Assembly (NCBI GenBank): GCA_963810935.1 | Contig: CAWEPK010000017.1 | Span: 160,001-224,000, forward strand | Reading direction: 5' to 3' | Length of the DNA stretch: 64,000 bases | Source of the DNA: an uncultured delta proteobacterium | GTDB lineage: Bacteria > Desulfobacterota > Syntrophorhabdia > Syntrophorhabdales > WCHB1-27 | Part shown: positions 10,044 to 19,443 of the stretch, in pieces | Position numbering within the stretch: position 1 is the stretch's first letter | Layout: each line of letters starts with the position of its first letter | Notes under the pieces: generated by a model | Database searches by the model: none | Told to the model about the DNA's origin: nothing | What the model saw: the letters and a program-made list of their open reading frames with translations, nothing else | Position numbers and translations under genes: made by a program

Positions 10044-10976
10044 GTGCTCCGATCGCTTCACGACATCAAGGGCCTGCAACGCAGGATGGGCCTTTTCGTG
10101 GTAAGGATGCGCGGACTTGCCACGCGCGCAAGGGTCCCGCGCTTCCTCCAGGTCGAGCCGACTAACGACTGCAATATCGGGTGCAGAAGGTGCCCCAATA
10201 AGAACCGTGAAAGGGAGAGGGGCTATATGAGCTTCCCGTTCTTCTGCCGCATCGTGGACGAGGCGGCGGACATCGGTGTGAGGCGCATATTCCTGTACCT
10301 GCGCGGAGAGCCGCTGCTCCACCACCGTATCGGCGACATGGTCCGCCATCTCAAATCGAGGGACCTGGCGGTCACCCTCGCAACCAACGGCATATTGATG
10401 GACAGGACGAAGGTCACGGAATTCATGGACGCGGGCATGACCGACGACGACTACGTGCATCTGCCGGCGGCCGGGCAGCCGGCGCGCATCCGCGTGCAGA
10501 CTGCGAAGCTGCCTTCGCCGGAAACCACCGGGAGCAACATCGCCGACCTCCTGGAATACCGGGCGGCACGCATGCGCTCCGGCGGGGAGGCGGGCACGCG
10601 CGCGGAGATGTGGCGCGGCCGCGCCGAGGCGGATGCGGGCGGCATGATGAACGCGACCCTGCCTTATCCGCTTTCCCCGGATGACGATTGTCCCACCCGC
10701 ATATGGCAGACCCGCTGCCAGGGCGCCGCGGGCGATCCCGCGCAGCGGCCCGGAGGCGCCGGCCGGTGCAGGCAGCCCTGGGAGAGGATGACGGTCCTCT
10801 GGAACGGGGACGTGGCGCTATGCACCGCGGACGTCGACGGCACGTACGTACTGGGAAGCCTGCGGAGACAATCGATCGCCGACATATGGAACGGGGAACA
10901 GTTCTCCACTATCAGGGGCATGCACAAACGCTCCGAATTCAAGACGCTTCCCATATGCGCAGTCTGCGGCCGGTGA
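10044..10976 (+). CDS. Radical SAM/SPASM protein, tandem paralog with diverged central region
   Basis: VEPTNDCNIGCRRC, RGEPLLH, TNG, CRQPWERMTVLWNGDVALC...CAVC; RBS AAGGAGG before GTG 10044. Confidence 0.8.
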   Translation: MLRSLHDIKGLQRRMGLFVVRMRGLATRARVPRFLQVEPTNDCNIGCRRCPNKNRERERGYMSFPFFCRIVDEAADIGVRRIFLYLRGEPLLHHRIGDMVRHLKSRDLAVTLATNGILMDRTKVTEFMDAGMTDDDYVHLPAAGQPARIRVQTAKLPSPETTGSNIADLLEYRAARMRSGGEAGTRAEMWRGRAEADAGGMMNATLPYPLSPDDDCPTRIWQTRCQGAAGDPAQRPGGAGRCRQPWERMTVLWNGDVALCTADVDGTYVLGSLRRQSIADIWNGEQFSTIRGMHKRSEFKTLPICAVCGR

Positions 10977-10996
10977 AAAAGAGAAAAGAGGGGTAC

Positions 10997-12251
10997 ATGT
11001 CCAGAGGCAAAAGCGTCCTTTCATACTTCGCCGGTTCATTCAAGAGGCTGTTCGCGAGAAATGGGAAGGGCGACCGGAAGACCGTATGCTTCGTCTATTA
11101 CCAGCACTTCAACGCCCTCATTTACAGGGAGGCGAAGGCGCTTCTGGACCAGGGCCTGCAGACCGACATCATCATCCTGCGCAGAACGCGGCGCGAAAAG
11201 ATATTTCAGAGCTATGGCGGCATGAACATCTATGCCATCCAGGCAAGGTCTTCCGCCGAGCGCAGCGCGATATCGTATTTCTGGCGTCTCTTGCTTTTCT
11301 ACATCAAGGCGACGCTGCTGCTCACCTACCTCATGCCGGAGCGGCGCTACAGCGTGGTCCACGTCACCGCCCCGCCCGATGTAATGGTCTTTTCCGCCAT
11401 CATCCCCAAGCTCCTGGGCGCCCGCATCATCCTCGACATCCACGATATAGGGCCGGAGCTTTTCATGAGGAAGCTGAACATAGGCGAGGACCGGTTCCTG
11501 GTGCGCGTCATCAAGCTGCTGGAGAGGCTCTCCGCCGCTTTTGCGGACCACGTGATAACCGTCACCGATTTCTGGAAAGACAAACTGGCCGAAAGATCGG
11601 TAAGACCGTCCAAGCTGACAATGCTCCTGAACGTGCCCGACAACGAGTTATTCAGGCCGGTGGGGCCGCGCCATGCGCGCAGCTCATTCAACCTCTTCTA
11701 CCACGGCTCGATCGAGGAGCATTTCGGCCTCGATACGCTTCTCGCGGCTATGCCCGCCATAAAGGACCATATCCCCCGCGTCCTGCTCCACCTTTATTGC
11801 GGCAAAAAAGGGAGGATCTACGCCGATTGCACGAGCCTGATAAAGAAGCTGAAGCTCGGCTCGTACGTGATGTTCCACGAAGCGGTCCCTTTTTACGAGC
11901 CTGCCCCGCACGCTCAGCAGCGCCGACTTGGGGATAGTCCCCACGAAAGGCTCGGTATTCTCCAACGAGGCGGTGAGCATGAAGGCGCTGGAGTACATCT
12001 CCATGGAGATACCGATTGTCATATCGAAGACAAAGGCCCACGCCTTTTACTACGACAACTCTATGGTCAAGTTCTTCGAGCCCTGCAACTCCGAGGAGCT
12101 GGCGAGGGCCGTGGTGGACCTCTTCGATAACGCGGAAGAAAGGGCCCTTCTCGTCAAGAACGCGTCGGCCTTCATGAAAGAACACGGCTGGAACAAGTCC
12201 AAAGAGGTCTATTCGAAAATAGTGAACGACCTGATCGCGGGCAAGCAATGA
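10997..12251 (+). CDS. GT4 glycosyltransferase; 1-nt frameshift at about 11900
   Basis: VHVTAPPD, ILDIHDIGPE, YHGSIEEHFGLD. Removing one C from GAGCCTG gives FYELPRTLSSADLGIVPTKG...KALEYISMEIPIV, joining ORFs 10688-12130 and 11928-12251. Confidence 0.85.
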
Positions 12252-13453
12252 CCTCATTTCTGCTGTCTATCCCTCTCTTCGCCGTTTCCCTGTACGTTGC
12301 CTGCGTGACGGCATACCTCCTCGTCGTTACGTCGGCCGCCTATTTCTTCAAAAAGAAGGTGGACTACACCGGCCGCCCCTTGCGGCTCGCGGTAGTCATC
12401 CCGGCGCATAACGAAGAAACCCACATAGCGTACACGGTCGAGCGGCTCCACGCGTCGAGTTATCCGAGCGGATCGTATGGGATATTCGTTATTGCGGACA
12501 ATTGCGAAGACAAGACCGAAGAGCTTGCCCGCCGCGCGGGGGCGCGCGTCTTTAAGCGCACGGACGCCGCCAGGCGCGGCAAGGGCCAGGCCCTCGACTG
12601 GTTCCTGCGCACCCGGCGTCAGGCTTACTCCGCGGCCGACGCTATCGTTATGATAGACGCGGACACGCAGGCCCATCCCGATTTCCTGAAAGAGATCGCT
12701 GCAAGCCTCAAGCACCCCGGCGTTCACGCGGCCCAGGGCTACTACGGGGTCTCCAACGCCTCGGCCCATTGGAGGAGCGGGCTCGTCTCCGCCGCCTTCC
12801 ACGTGTTCAACCACTTGAGACCTGCGGGCCATAACTGCCTTGGCGGTACGGCAAGCCTGCGCGGCAACGGCATGGGGTTCAGGAAAAGCCTGCTGCGCCA
12901 GGGATGGCCGGCCCATTCCATAGTGGAAGACTACGAGTTCTCCCTGAGGCTGCTCCTCGACGGCATAGTCGTCCACTACAACCCCGACGCAATGGTCTTA
13001 TCCGATATGCCGGTCGATGGGAAGGTCGCCGAAACGCAGCGGATGCGATGGGAAGGCGCGTCCCGCGGGATGAGGGGCACGTTCATACGCCTCATCTTCA
13101 AGCGGTTCATGAGGGAACCCCGCGCCTGCTACATTGACGCCCTCTTCAATTCCTTCGTGCCGCCCCTGGCGCTCCTCGTGATGGGCCAGGTCGGCTGTCT
13201 CGCTGCGGCGCTGGCCTTCCACTCGCGGCTCGCGCTCCCCCTTGCGTGCTGCTTCGCCGTGGACGTCTTTTACGTGCTTTCGGGGTTGGTCCTGAGGAGG
13301 GCCCGCGCAGTCGAATGGCGGAGCCTGCTCTGGGCGCCCTTTTACATCCTTTGGAAGATACCGCTTTATATCAAGATGAGGAAGGTAGACTCGACTGTCT
13401 GGAGACGGACGAAGAGACCGTCCGAGCTTACCGGGGAACAGCGGTCCTTATGA
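12248..13453 (+). CDS. GT2 glycosyltransferase (cellulose-synthase-like superfamily, membrane associated)
   Basis: VIPAHNEE, ADNCED, GKGQAL, IDAD, IVED, QRMRW. Confidence 0.88.
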   Translation: MTSFLLSIPLFAVSLYVACVTAYLLVVTSAAYFFKKKVDYTGRPLRLAVVIPAHNEETHIAYTVERLHASSYPSGSYGIFVIADNCEDKTEELARRAGARVFKRTDAARRGKGQALDWFLRTRRQAYSAADAIVMIDADTQAHPDFLKEIAASLKHPGVHAAQGYYGVSNASAHWRSGLVSAAFHVFNHLRPAGHNCLGGTASLRGNGMGFRKSLLRQGWPAHSIVEDYEFSLRLLLDGIVVHYNPDAMVLSDMPVDGKVAETQRMRWEGASRGMRGTFIRLIFKRFMREPRACYIDALFNSFVPPLALLVMGQVGCLAAALAFHSRLALPLACCFAVDVFYVLSGLVLRRARAVEWRSLLWAPFYILWKIPLYIKMRKVDSTVWRRTKRPSELTGEQRSL

Positions 13454-13534
13454 GTATTCAACAAAATCGCGCCGCCCGGGCTGCTCGCCCGCGCCTGAGC
13501 CGGCCGACATGTCAACGCATCGGCGGAGGAACGC

Positions 13535-14953
13535 ATGGAAGCCCTGAAGCTCGTTGTCCCGATATATTTATTGATTTTCATTTTGGGCGGTTTCCGCAAT
13601 ATCAAGATGTTCCTCCTTCTCACCGGGATCGTAACGATGCCCTTCAGGACCACGTACACGATTCTCGATGTAGGGCCTTATATCGGCTGGACGAACGGCA
13701 TTAATATATCCCTCTCGGACGTCTCGTTCATCTGCCTCTTTGCGTACCTCGTTTTCAAGGGGGTAAAATTCGAGGGGGTATCGCGGAGGCTCACCGCAGC
13801 CTGCATGCTGTTCCTCGGCTCGGTGCTCCTCTCGACCATAAACTCGACCTGGATACGCCTCTCGTTCTTCGAGGCGATACTGCTCGTCCAGGTGTTCTTC
13901 CTTTATTATATCGTCCTGACCGCGGCCATCGAGACGGAGAAGGAGCTGCGCATGGTGATGGTCATGCTGATGCTCTCTCTGATCCTCCAGGGGGCCCTCG
14001 GGACGGCCCAGTACCTTACGGGCAGGGACCTCGACGTGTTTGTCACGGGGACGCCCGTTACCGAGGAATCGGAGGAAGGGCTGGTCACGCGGGCCTTGGG
14101 GACGATAGGGAAACCTAACGGCCTGGCCATGTACGTAGCCCCCCTCATCCTGCTCGTAACGGCCATGATGATGAAAACAAGGGGCATTTACAGGAAACTG
14201 GGAATGTGTGCCGTGGCCCTCGGCGGATCCGCGCTGCTTTTCAGCTTTTCACGGGGCGGCTGGATGGCCTTTGCCATCGCCTTTCTCATGCTCCTTCTGG
14301 CCCTCTCGAAAGGAAAATACGTCAGGGCCAGGGGGCCGCTGCTGGCGCTGGCGGTCGGGGCGGTAGTGGTCTTCTTCTTTTTCAGCCAGATCGAGGGCCG
14401 CTTCGTCAGCCAGGAGGGCGCAGACGCTGCGCAGGACAGGATCTACCTCATCAAGATCGCATGGAACATGATAAAAGACAGCCCCATCCTGGGCGTCGGG
14501 GCGAACACGTTCATGTCGGTCATCGGCAGGTATACGCGCGGGCCCGACTTGCAGTACGTCTACCTGCATATGGTCCACAACCAGTACCTGCTCGTCTTCG
14601 CAGAGACGGGCCTCGTCGGCATACTCGCCTTCCTCTGGCTGATGCTCACCTGCTTCCGCGAGTCCCTCGACTGCACGCGCAGGAGGTCGAGCGAGCTGGC
14701 CCAGACGGTGGGCTTAAGCGCAGGTGCGGGCTTCATGGCGATGTCGATCCACATGATGGTCGACATGTACGCCTCTCCGCTGTGCCTGAGCCTGCTCTTC
14801 GTCTTTTGCAGCCTCTGCTCGGCAGTCAAGAAGATCAAATCGCCCCTTCCTGTCGAACAGCCCCGGACCGGCGGGCCGGCAATGACGAACCTTGTGAGGC
14901 CTGCTCCGGAAACCGCTTTCGCGGGTGCCGACCCGATCCCGCACCTCTCTTAA
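13535..14953 (+). CDS. O-antigen ligase/Wzy polymerase-family membrane protein
   Basis: Multi-TM; RALGTIGKPN, SFSRGGW, PILGVGANTF, VHNQYLLVFAETGLVG. Confidence 0.85.
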   Translation: MEALKLVVPIYLLIFILGGFRNIKMFLLLTGIVTMPFRTTYTILDVGPYIGWTNGINISLSDVSFICLFAYLVFKGVKFEGVSRRLTAACMLFLGSVLLSTINSTWIRLSFFEAILLVQVFFLYYIVLTAAIETEKELRMVMVMLMLSLILQGALGTAQYLTGRDLDVFVTGTPVTEESEEGLVTRALGTIGKPNGLAMYVAPLILLVTAMMMKTRGIYRKLGMCAVALGGSALLFSFSRGGWMAFAIAFLMLLLALSKGKYVRARGPLLALAVGAVVVFFFFSQIEGRFVSQEGADAAQDRIYLIKIAWNMIKDSPILGVGANTFMSVIGRYTRGPDLQYVYLHMVHNQYLLVFAETGLVGILAFLWLMLTCFRESLDCTRRRSSELAQTVGLSAGAGFMAMSIHMMVDMYASPLCLSLLFVFCSLCSAVKKIKSPLPVEQPRTGGPAMTNLVRPAPETAFAGADPIPHLS

Positions 14954-15021
14954 GGACCGCCCCGCCGACCCTTCCGCAGCGAAATAATCTTTAATCCATC
15001 CTCCGATAACAGTACGAGATA

Positions 15022-16467
15022 ATGCACCAGAGCCACACCTATAACCTGGTCTATAAAAACTCCGCGGTACTCACGTTCCTGAGGCTCGTCGAGCCTGGCT
15101 TAGCCATGGTGGTGATAGTGGCGGTGTCGAGGGTGATGGGGACCGAGGTGATGGGGGGTTACGCCTTTATCGTCACCTTCATCTCCATGTTCAGCGTTGT
15201 CGGCCAGATGGGGCTGCAAGCCCTGCTCACGCGGGAAGTGGCGGCAGACAGGGACAAGTCGTCCTCTTATCTTTCGGCGGCGCTGCTCCTCGGCCTCGGC
15301 AGCTCTATCGTCCTCGCCGTTGCAATGAACGGCCTCAAAGGCTATTTCCACCTATCCCCTTCCGTCAGCCGCGGCGTCTTCCTGATGAGCCTCAACCTAT
15401 TCCCCATCTTCGTCATTGCGACGTTCGAGGCCGTTTTCATGGGCTGGGAGCGGACCGACTACATCCTTTTCCAGAACGTGTCCGGCAACGTCCTTAGGGT
15501 GGCGCTCTCCCTTCTTTTCATCCACCTGGGCTTCGGCCTCGTCTCCCTCGTCGTCGCCATCGTCATCTCGACACTCTACTCGGCCGGGGTCTGCGCATTC
15601 ACGTACGCGAGGCGCCTCGGGGCCTTGAGCCTCAAGGTGGACACGGGCGTCGCCATGCGCCTCCTCAAGGCGTCTCCGACCTTTCTCCTCATTACGGTAG
15701 TCGCCATACTCTCCGCACGCCTCGACGTGCTCATCCTGACGAAGCTGACGGACATGACCCAGGTTGCGCTGTACGCTGCCGCCTACAAGCTGTTCGAGGC
15801 GACGCTGATCGTCCCGCAGTCGTATATGAAGGCAAGCTTCCCGTACCTTTCCGCGCTCTTCCGGTCAACGCCGGAGGCCCTAAGCCGGACGAACCGCGAC
15901 ATGCTGAAACACGTCCTCCTCTACGTCTTCCCCACTGCGGCTGCGACGGTCGCCCTGGCGCCCCTTCTGGTCTCGGTCCTTTACGGAGGCAAGTTCGCTT
16001 CTTCGGCGACGCTCCTGCGCATACTCGCGATAGGCCTCATACCCTGGACAATGGGCAGGACGACGGCCAACATACTGCTTGCCGTCAACCTCCAGAAATA
16101 CGACCTCCTGTGCGGGGCCTTCGCCGCCCTTACGAGCATCGCCCTCAACCTCTGGATGATACCGCTATACGGGGCGACGGGCGCCGCCTTTTCGAGCGCC
16201 GCAGCCTGGTCGGTCTTCTTCCTCTGCGAATTATATTTTGCCGGGCGGGCGGGCTATCGCATAGCCGTGGCCGGCGCTTTAGGCCGTCCGGTCCTCGTGG
16301 GGGCCGGGGTCTTCGCGGTCGCGTGGATCGGCACGCTCGGATGGGGCTATGCAGCCTGCGAGTCAGCGTGCCTCGCCGCCGCTGCCCTGCTCTACCTCAA
16401 AGACAACACGCACAGGCAAAAGCTCGCAAAACCCGTCAATCTGTTTATCCAGATATTAAAGGCGTAG
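15022..16467 (+). CDS. wzx: Wzx-type polysaccharide flippase
   Basis: Roughly 12-14 hydrophobic segments; GLQALLTREVA, RLDVLIL, VALYAAAYKL, IPLYGATGAA. Confidence 0.85.
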   Translation: MHQSHTYNLVYKNSAVLTFLRLVEPGLAMVVIVAVSRVMGTEVMGGYAFIVTFISMFSVVGQMGLQALLTREVAADRDKSSSYLSAALLLGLGSSIVLAVAMNGLKGYFHLSPSVSRGVFLMSLNLFPIFVIATFEAVFMGWERTDYILFQNVSGNVLRVALSLLFIHLGFGLVSLVVAIVISTLYSAGVCAFTYARRLGALSLKVDTGVAMRLLKASPTFLLITVVAILSARLDVLILTKLTDMTQVALYAAAYKLFEATLIVPQSYMKASFPYLSALFRSTPEALSRTNRDMLKHVLLYVFPTAAATVALAPLLVSVLYGGKFASSATLLRILAIGLIPWTMGRTTANILLAVNLQKYDLLCGAFAALTSIALNLWMIPLYGATGAAFSSAAAWSVFFLCELYFAGRAGYRIAVAGALGRPVLVGAGVFAVAWIGTLGWGYAACESACLAAAALLYLKDNTHRQKLAKPVNLFIQILKA

Positions 16468-16473
16468 CATTCC

Positions 16474-17706
16474 GTGAAGCTCGCTTACCTCAGCAACTAC
16501 TTCCCTTCCCTTACCGAGACCTTCATCTACCGCGAGGTCATCGAGCTTGCCCGCCGCGGCATCCCCGTCTCCATTTATTCCCTGCGCAAGCCGCCGCCCT
16601 CCTCGATCTCGCAGGAGTCCCGCGCACTGTCCGATGCCGCCTTCTACCTGCTGCCCGTTCCTTTACGCACGCTCGTCGCAAGCCATGCCCGGCTCTTCCT
16701 GCGCCACCCGCTCAGGTATACATCCACCCTTTTCAAGATGCTCGCCGGCAAACACGCCCGCGCCAGGGACCGCCTTCGCAGCCTCATGCATTTCGGCGAG
16801 GGCGCACCGCTGGCGGAAAAGATGCTCCGCGACGGGGTCGGCCACATACACGCGCATTTCGCCTCTCAATCCGCTTCCGTCGCCAGGGTGGTCCACCTCC
16901 TGACCCGCATCCCGTACAGCTTCACGGGGCACGCGCACGACATCTGGCAGGACCGCCTCCTGATGCCCGAAAAACTGGCCGAGGCGGCTTTTGTCGTCAC
17001 GTGCTCGGACAATGCCAGGCGCTCGCTCCTGGCCGATGCGCCGCGCGACGCGCAACCGAAAGTGCACCTCGTCTACCACGGCCTCGATGTGGACAACTTC
17101 CCCCACTGCAATGGGGACGGACGGGAGAAAAACCTTATCCTCTCCATAGGCCGCCTCACACAGACAAAGGGCTTCCCCGACCTTATAGCTGCCTGCGGCC
17201 TCCTTGCGGCCGGGGGCTTGCCTTTCCGGTGCGTGATCGTCGGGGAGGGAGAGGAGCGGCCGCGCCTCGAAGCCATGATCGACCAAAGCAATCTCTCCGG
17301 CAAGGTGAGTCTCGCGGGCGCCTTGCGACAGGAAGAGATACGCGCGTACTACAGGCGGGCCTGGGTCTTCGCTCTGCCCTGCGTTGACGCCCCCGACGGA
17401 AACCGCGACGGCATCCCGAACGTGCTCATGGAGGCCATGGCGAGCGGGGTGCCTGTAATCGCGACCGCAAATTCGGGACAGGCCGAGCTTATCAGGCACG
17501 GCACGGACGGCCTGCTCGTACCCGTCCATTCGCCGGACCGGCTCGCAGAAGCCATCGCAGCCGTCTGCTCCGGCGGCGGCTTGAGGGAGGCGCTTGCCGC
17601 ATCCGCAAGGAAGCGCATCCTGGATGATTTCGACAACAGGATAACGATAGAACCGCTGGTTGCGCTCCTACGACGCTTCGTCTTCGACGGACGAATAAAG
17701 GTTTAG
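16474..17706 (+). CDS. GT4 glycosyltransferase (WcaL-like)
   Basis: YFPSLTETFIYRE, HIHAHF, SFTGHAHD, GRLTQTKG, DGIPNVLMEAMASGVPV. Confidence 0.88.
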   Translation: MKLAYLSNYFPSLTETFIYREVIELARRGIPVSIYSLRKPPPSSISQESRALSDAAFYLLPVPLRTLVASHARLFLRHPLRYTSTLFKMLAGKHARARDRLRSLMHFGEGAPLAEKMLRDGVGHIHAHFASQSASVARVVHLLTRIPYSFTGHAHDIWQDRLLMPEKLAEAAFVVTCSDNARRSLLADAPRDAQPKVHLVYHGLDVDNFPHCNGDGREKNLILSIGRLTQTKGFPDLIAACGLLAAGGLPFRCVIVGEGEERPRLEAMIDQSNLSGKVSLAGALRQEEIRAYYRRAWVFALPCVDAPDGNRDGIPNVLMEAMASGVPVIATANSGQAELIRHGTDGLLVPVHSPDRLAEAIAAVCSGGGLREALAASARKRILDDFDNRITIEPLVALLRRFVFDGRIKV

Positions 17707-17746
17707 ATGGTAATGTAATTCAAGCCGGGAACAGTAAGACGCAGAT

Positions 17747-17779
17747 AAAAAAACAGGGGGCCTTTTCAGGCCCCCTGTT
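17747..17779 (-). terminator. Intrinsic terminator between convergent GT4 and porin genes
   Basis: Stem AACAGGGGGCC (17752-17762) / GGCCCCCTGTT (17769-17779); the A7 run gives a U-tract on the minus strand. Confidence 0.8.
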
Positions 17780-17810
17780 GTGTTGCAAGTGTTGCTGTCA
17801 GGCTCGCCTC

Positions 17811-19229
17811 TTAGAAGAAATAGAAGAGGGCTACCCTTGCCTGCTGTACGGAACCGACGTTGCTCAGAGGGACGCCATTGTAGCCGGTCATCTGGCCGTT
17901 GGCCGGTGCAGCGTTGCCGCCGTTGTTCAGGCCGTACTGGTCGAAGTTGGTCTTTATGTACGTATACTCGAAGGCCACCCTGACCGCCGGGTTCACGTCA
18001 TAGAAGAGGTTCCCGATATACTGCTGGTTAATCCTGATCTGGTTCGGGAACTGTCTCTGGTAAGCCTGGCTGACATAGTTATCCAGAATGCCGTATATGC
18101 CGTTGAAATAAAGCTTATCCGTGAAATAGTAGCTGATCTGGCCCCAGCCGCCGGCCGATACGGGCACTGCATAGTTTATAGGCGTAGTCGTTGAAGCAAG
18201 GCCGCCAATGTTCCCCTGGTTGTAGGAGATGAGGGAGCCGATGTTCCTGGCGCCGAGGAGCCAGTTGGAGAGGTTCTGGCCCGAAAAAACCTGGCCCGAC
18301 ACTGACAGAGCGCCGGCCTTGTTCAGGTTCTTCTCGGGAATGATGGGTATGTAGCCCTTGAAAACAGCCATCCACCTGTTAACGTTGCCAGTGGCGTAGG
18401 TGTTCTTCGATGTGGGATCCAGATAGATGACCTTGTCCTGCCCCCACATGCCGCCGACGCCGAACTGCAGGGCATTTACGCCGATCTTACCGCAGGCATC
18501 CGACTTGAAGCCGATCTCGCCTGTCACGTCGGGGATCTCGCTGGTCACCCTGACGGTCGCGGTATTCTGACCGACGGTGGTGTTTTGCGGGCCCTGGGCT
18601 GCGCCCAAGTTCGCGGAACCGCCTATCTGGTCCTTCATGTTGTACGGCTCCTGGATGCCGAACGAGGCATAGAAGCTCTTTGAGAAGTTCTGGATCAACG
18701 TGATCTGCGGGACGGTGTTGCCGCGGCCCGAGAGCAGCAGGTCATAGAGGCCTATGAAGTTGTAGGTAGGCAGGAAGCCCCACGACTGCCAGTTCTGGCC
18801 GACGATCAACTTCGTGTTCGCCCATGTGAAGTCCGCATACGCATGGGTCAGAGTGAATGTGCCGTACCTCGTGCCAGAGTAACCGTTGTTGTTCGTCTGG
18901 CCGACGAAGTTCCCCTGGATAAAAGCTGTGGTCTTGGCGCCCCACGTATCCGGGCCTTTGACCAGGAAGTTCAGCGCCGTCTGGCCGGTGGCCATGGCGA
19001 AGCTGCCGCCTTTGTTAGAGGCATTCTGGCTGCCCGTATTGTTGTTGCGGTCTGCGAAATACTCTTCGAGACCCGCCGGCGACGGGCCTGCCGCCTGGCT
19101 CGTGTAACCCGCATCCACCTTTACGTAGCCGCCGATGGTCAGGTCCCATCTGCTCGTCGCGCTTCCGGCGAAGCTGATGGCAGGAACTGCCAAAAGTAAA
19201 ACGAGAAAAAACAGTAACGCTTTCTTCAT
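17811..19229 (-). CDS. Outer-membrane beta-barrel porin (DcaP-like)
   Basis: Signal peptide MKKALLFFLVLLLAVPAISFA; TIGGYVKVDAGY; AYADF...LIVGQNW; Gly/Asn/Tyr-rich strands; C-terminal ...RVALFYFF; RBS AAGGAGG. Confidence 0.7.
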   Translation of the reverse strand: MKKALLFFLVLLLAVPAISFAGSATSRWDLTIGGYVKVDAGYTSQAAGPSPAGLEEYFADRNNNTGSQNASNKGGSFAMATGQTALNFLVKGPDTWGAKTTAFIQGNFVGQTNNNGYSGTRYGTFTLTHAYADFTWANTKLIVGQNWQSWGFLPTYNFIGLYDLLLSGRGNTVPQITLIQNFSKSFYASFGIQEPYNMKDQIGGSANLGAAQGPQNTTVGQNTATVRVTSEIPDVTGEIGFKSDACGKIGVNALQFGVGGMWGQDKVIYLDPTSKNTYATGNVNRWMAVFKGYIPIIPEKNLNKAGALSVSGQVFSGQNLSNWLLGARNIGSLISYNQGNIGGLASTTTPINYAVPVSAGGWGQISYYFTDKLYFNGIYGILDNYVSQAYQRQFPNQIRINQQYIGNLFYDVNPAVRVAFEYTYIKTNFDQYGLNNGGNAAPANGQMTGYNGVPLSNVGSVQQARVALFYFF

Positions 19230-19304
19230 GCTTCCCTCCTTGTCGATTGTTGTGAAACCTGTGCCTCCGCCAAAAAATAAGCCTCCTTTTCTTAACGGTT
19301 TTTA

Positions 19305-19334
19305 ATCTTACCGAGCATGTAAACCCCTTGTCAA
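19305..19334 (-). promoter_or_regulatory. Putative sigma70 promoter of the porin gene
   Basis: Minus strand TTGACA-N18-TAAGAT in an AT-rich intergenic region. Confidence 0.5.
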
Positions 19335-19443
19335 GAAAAAACGTTAAAAATTCTTAATCAGACTTAAAGTTTTTTAAGGCGCCTGAGGGCCGCTCTGCCG
19401 GGGGCTCCCCTCCGACAAGGCCAAGGTGAAGGCGGGCAGGGCC

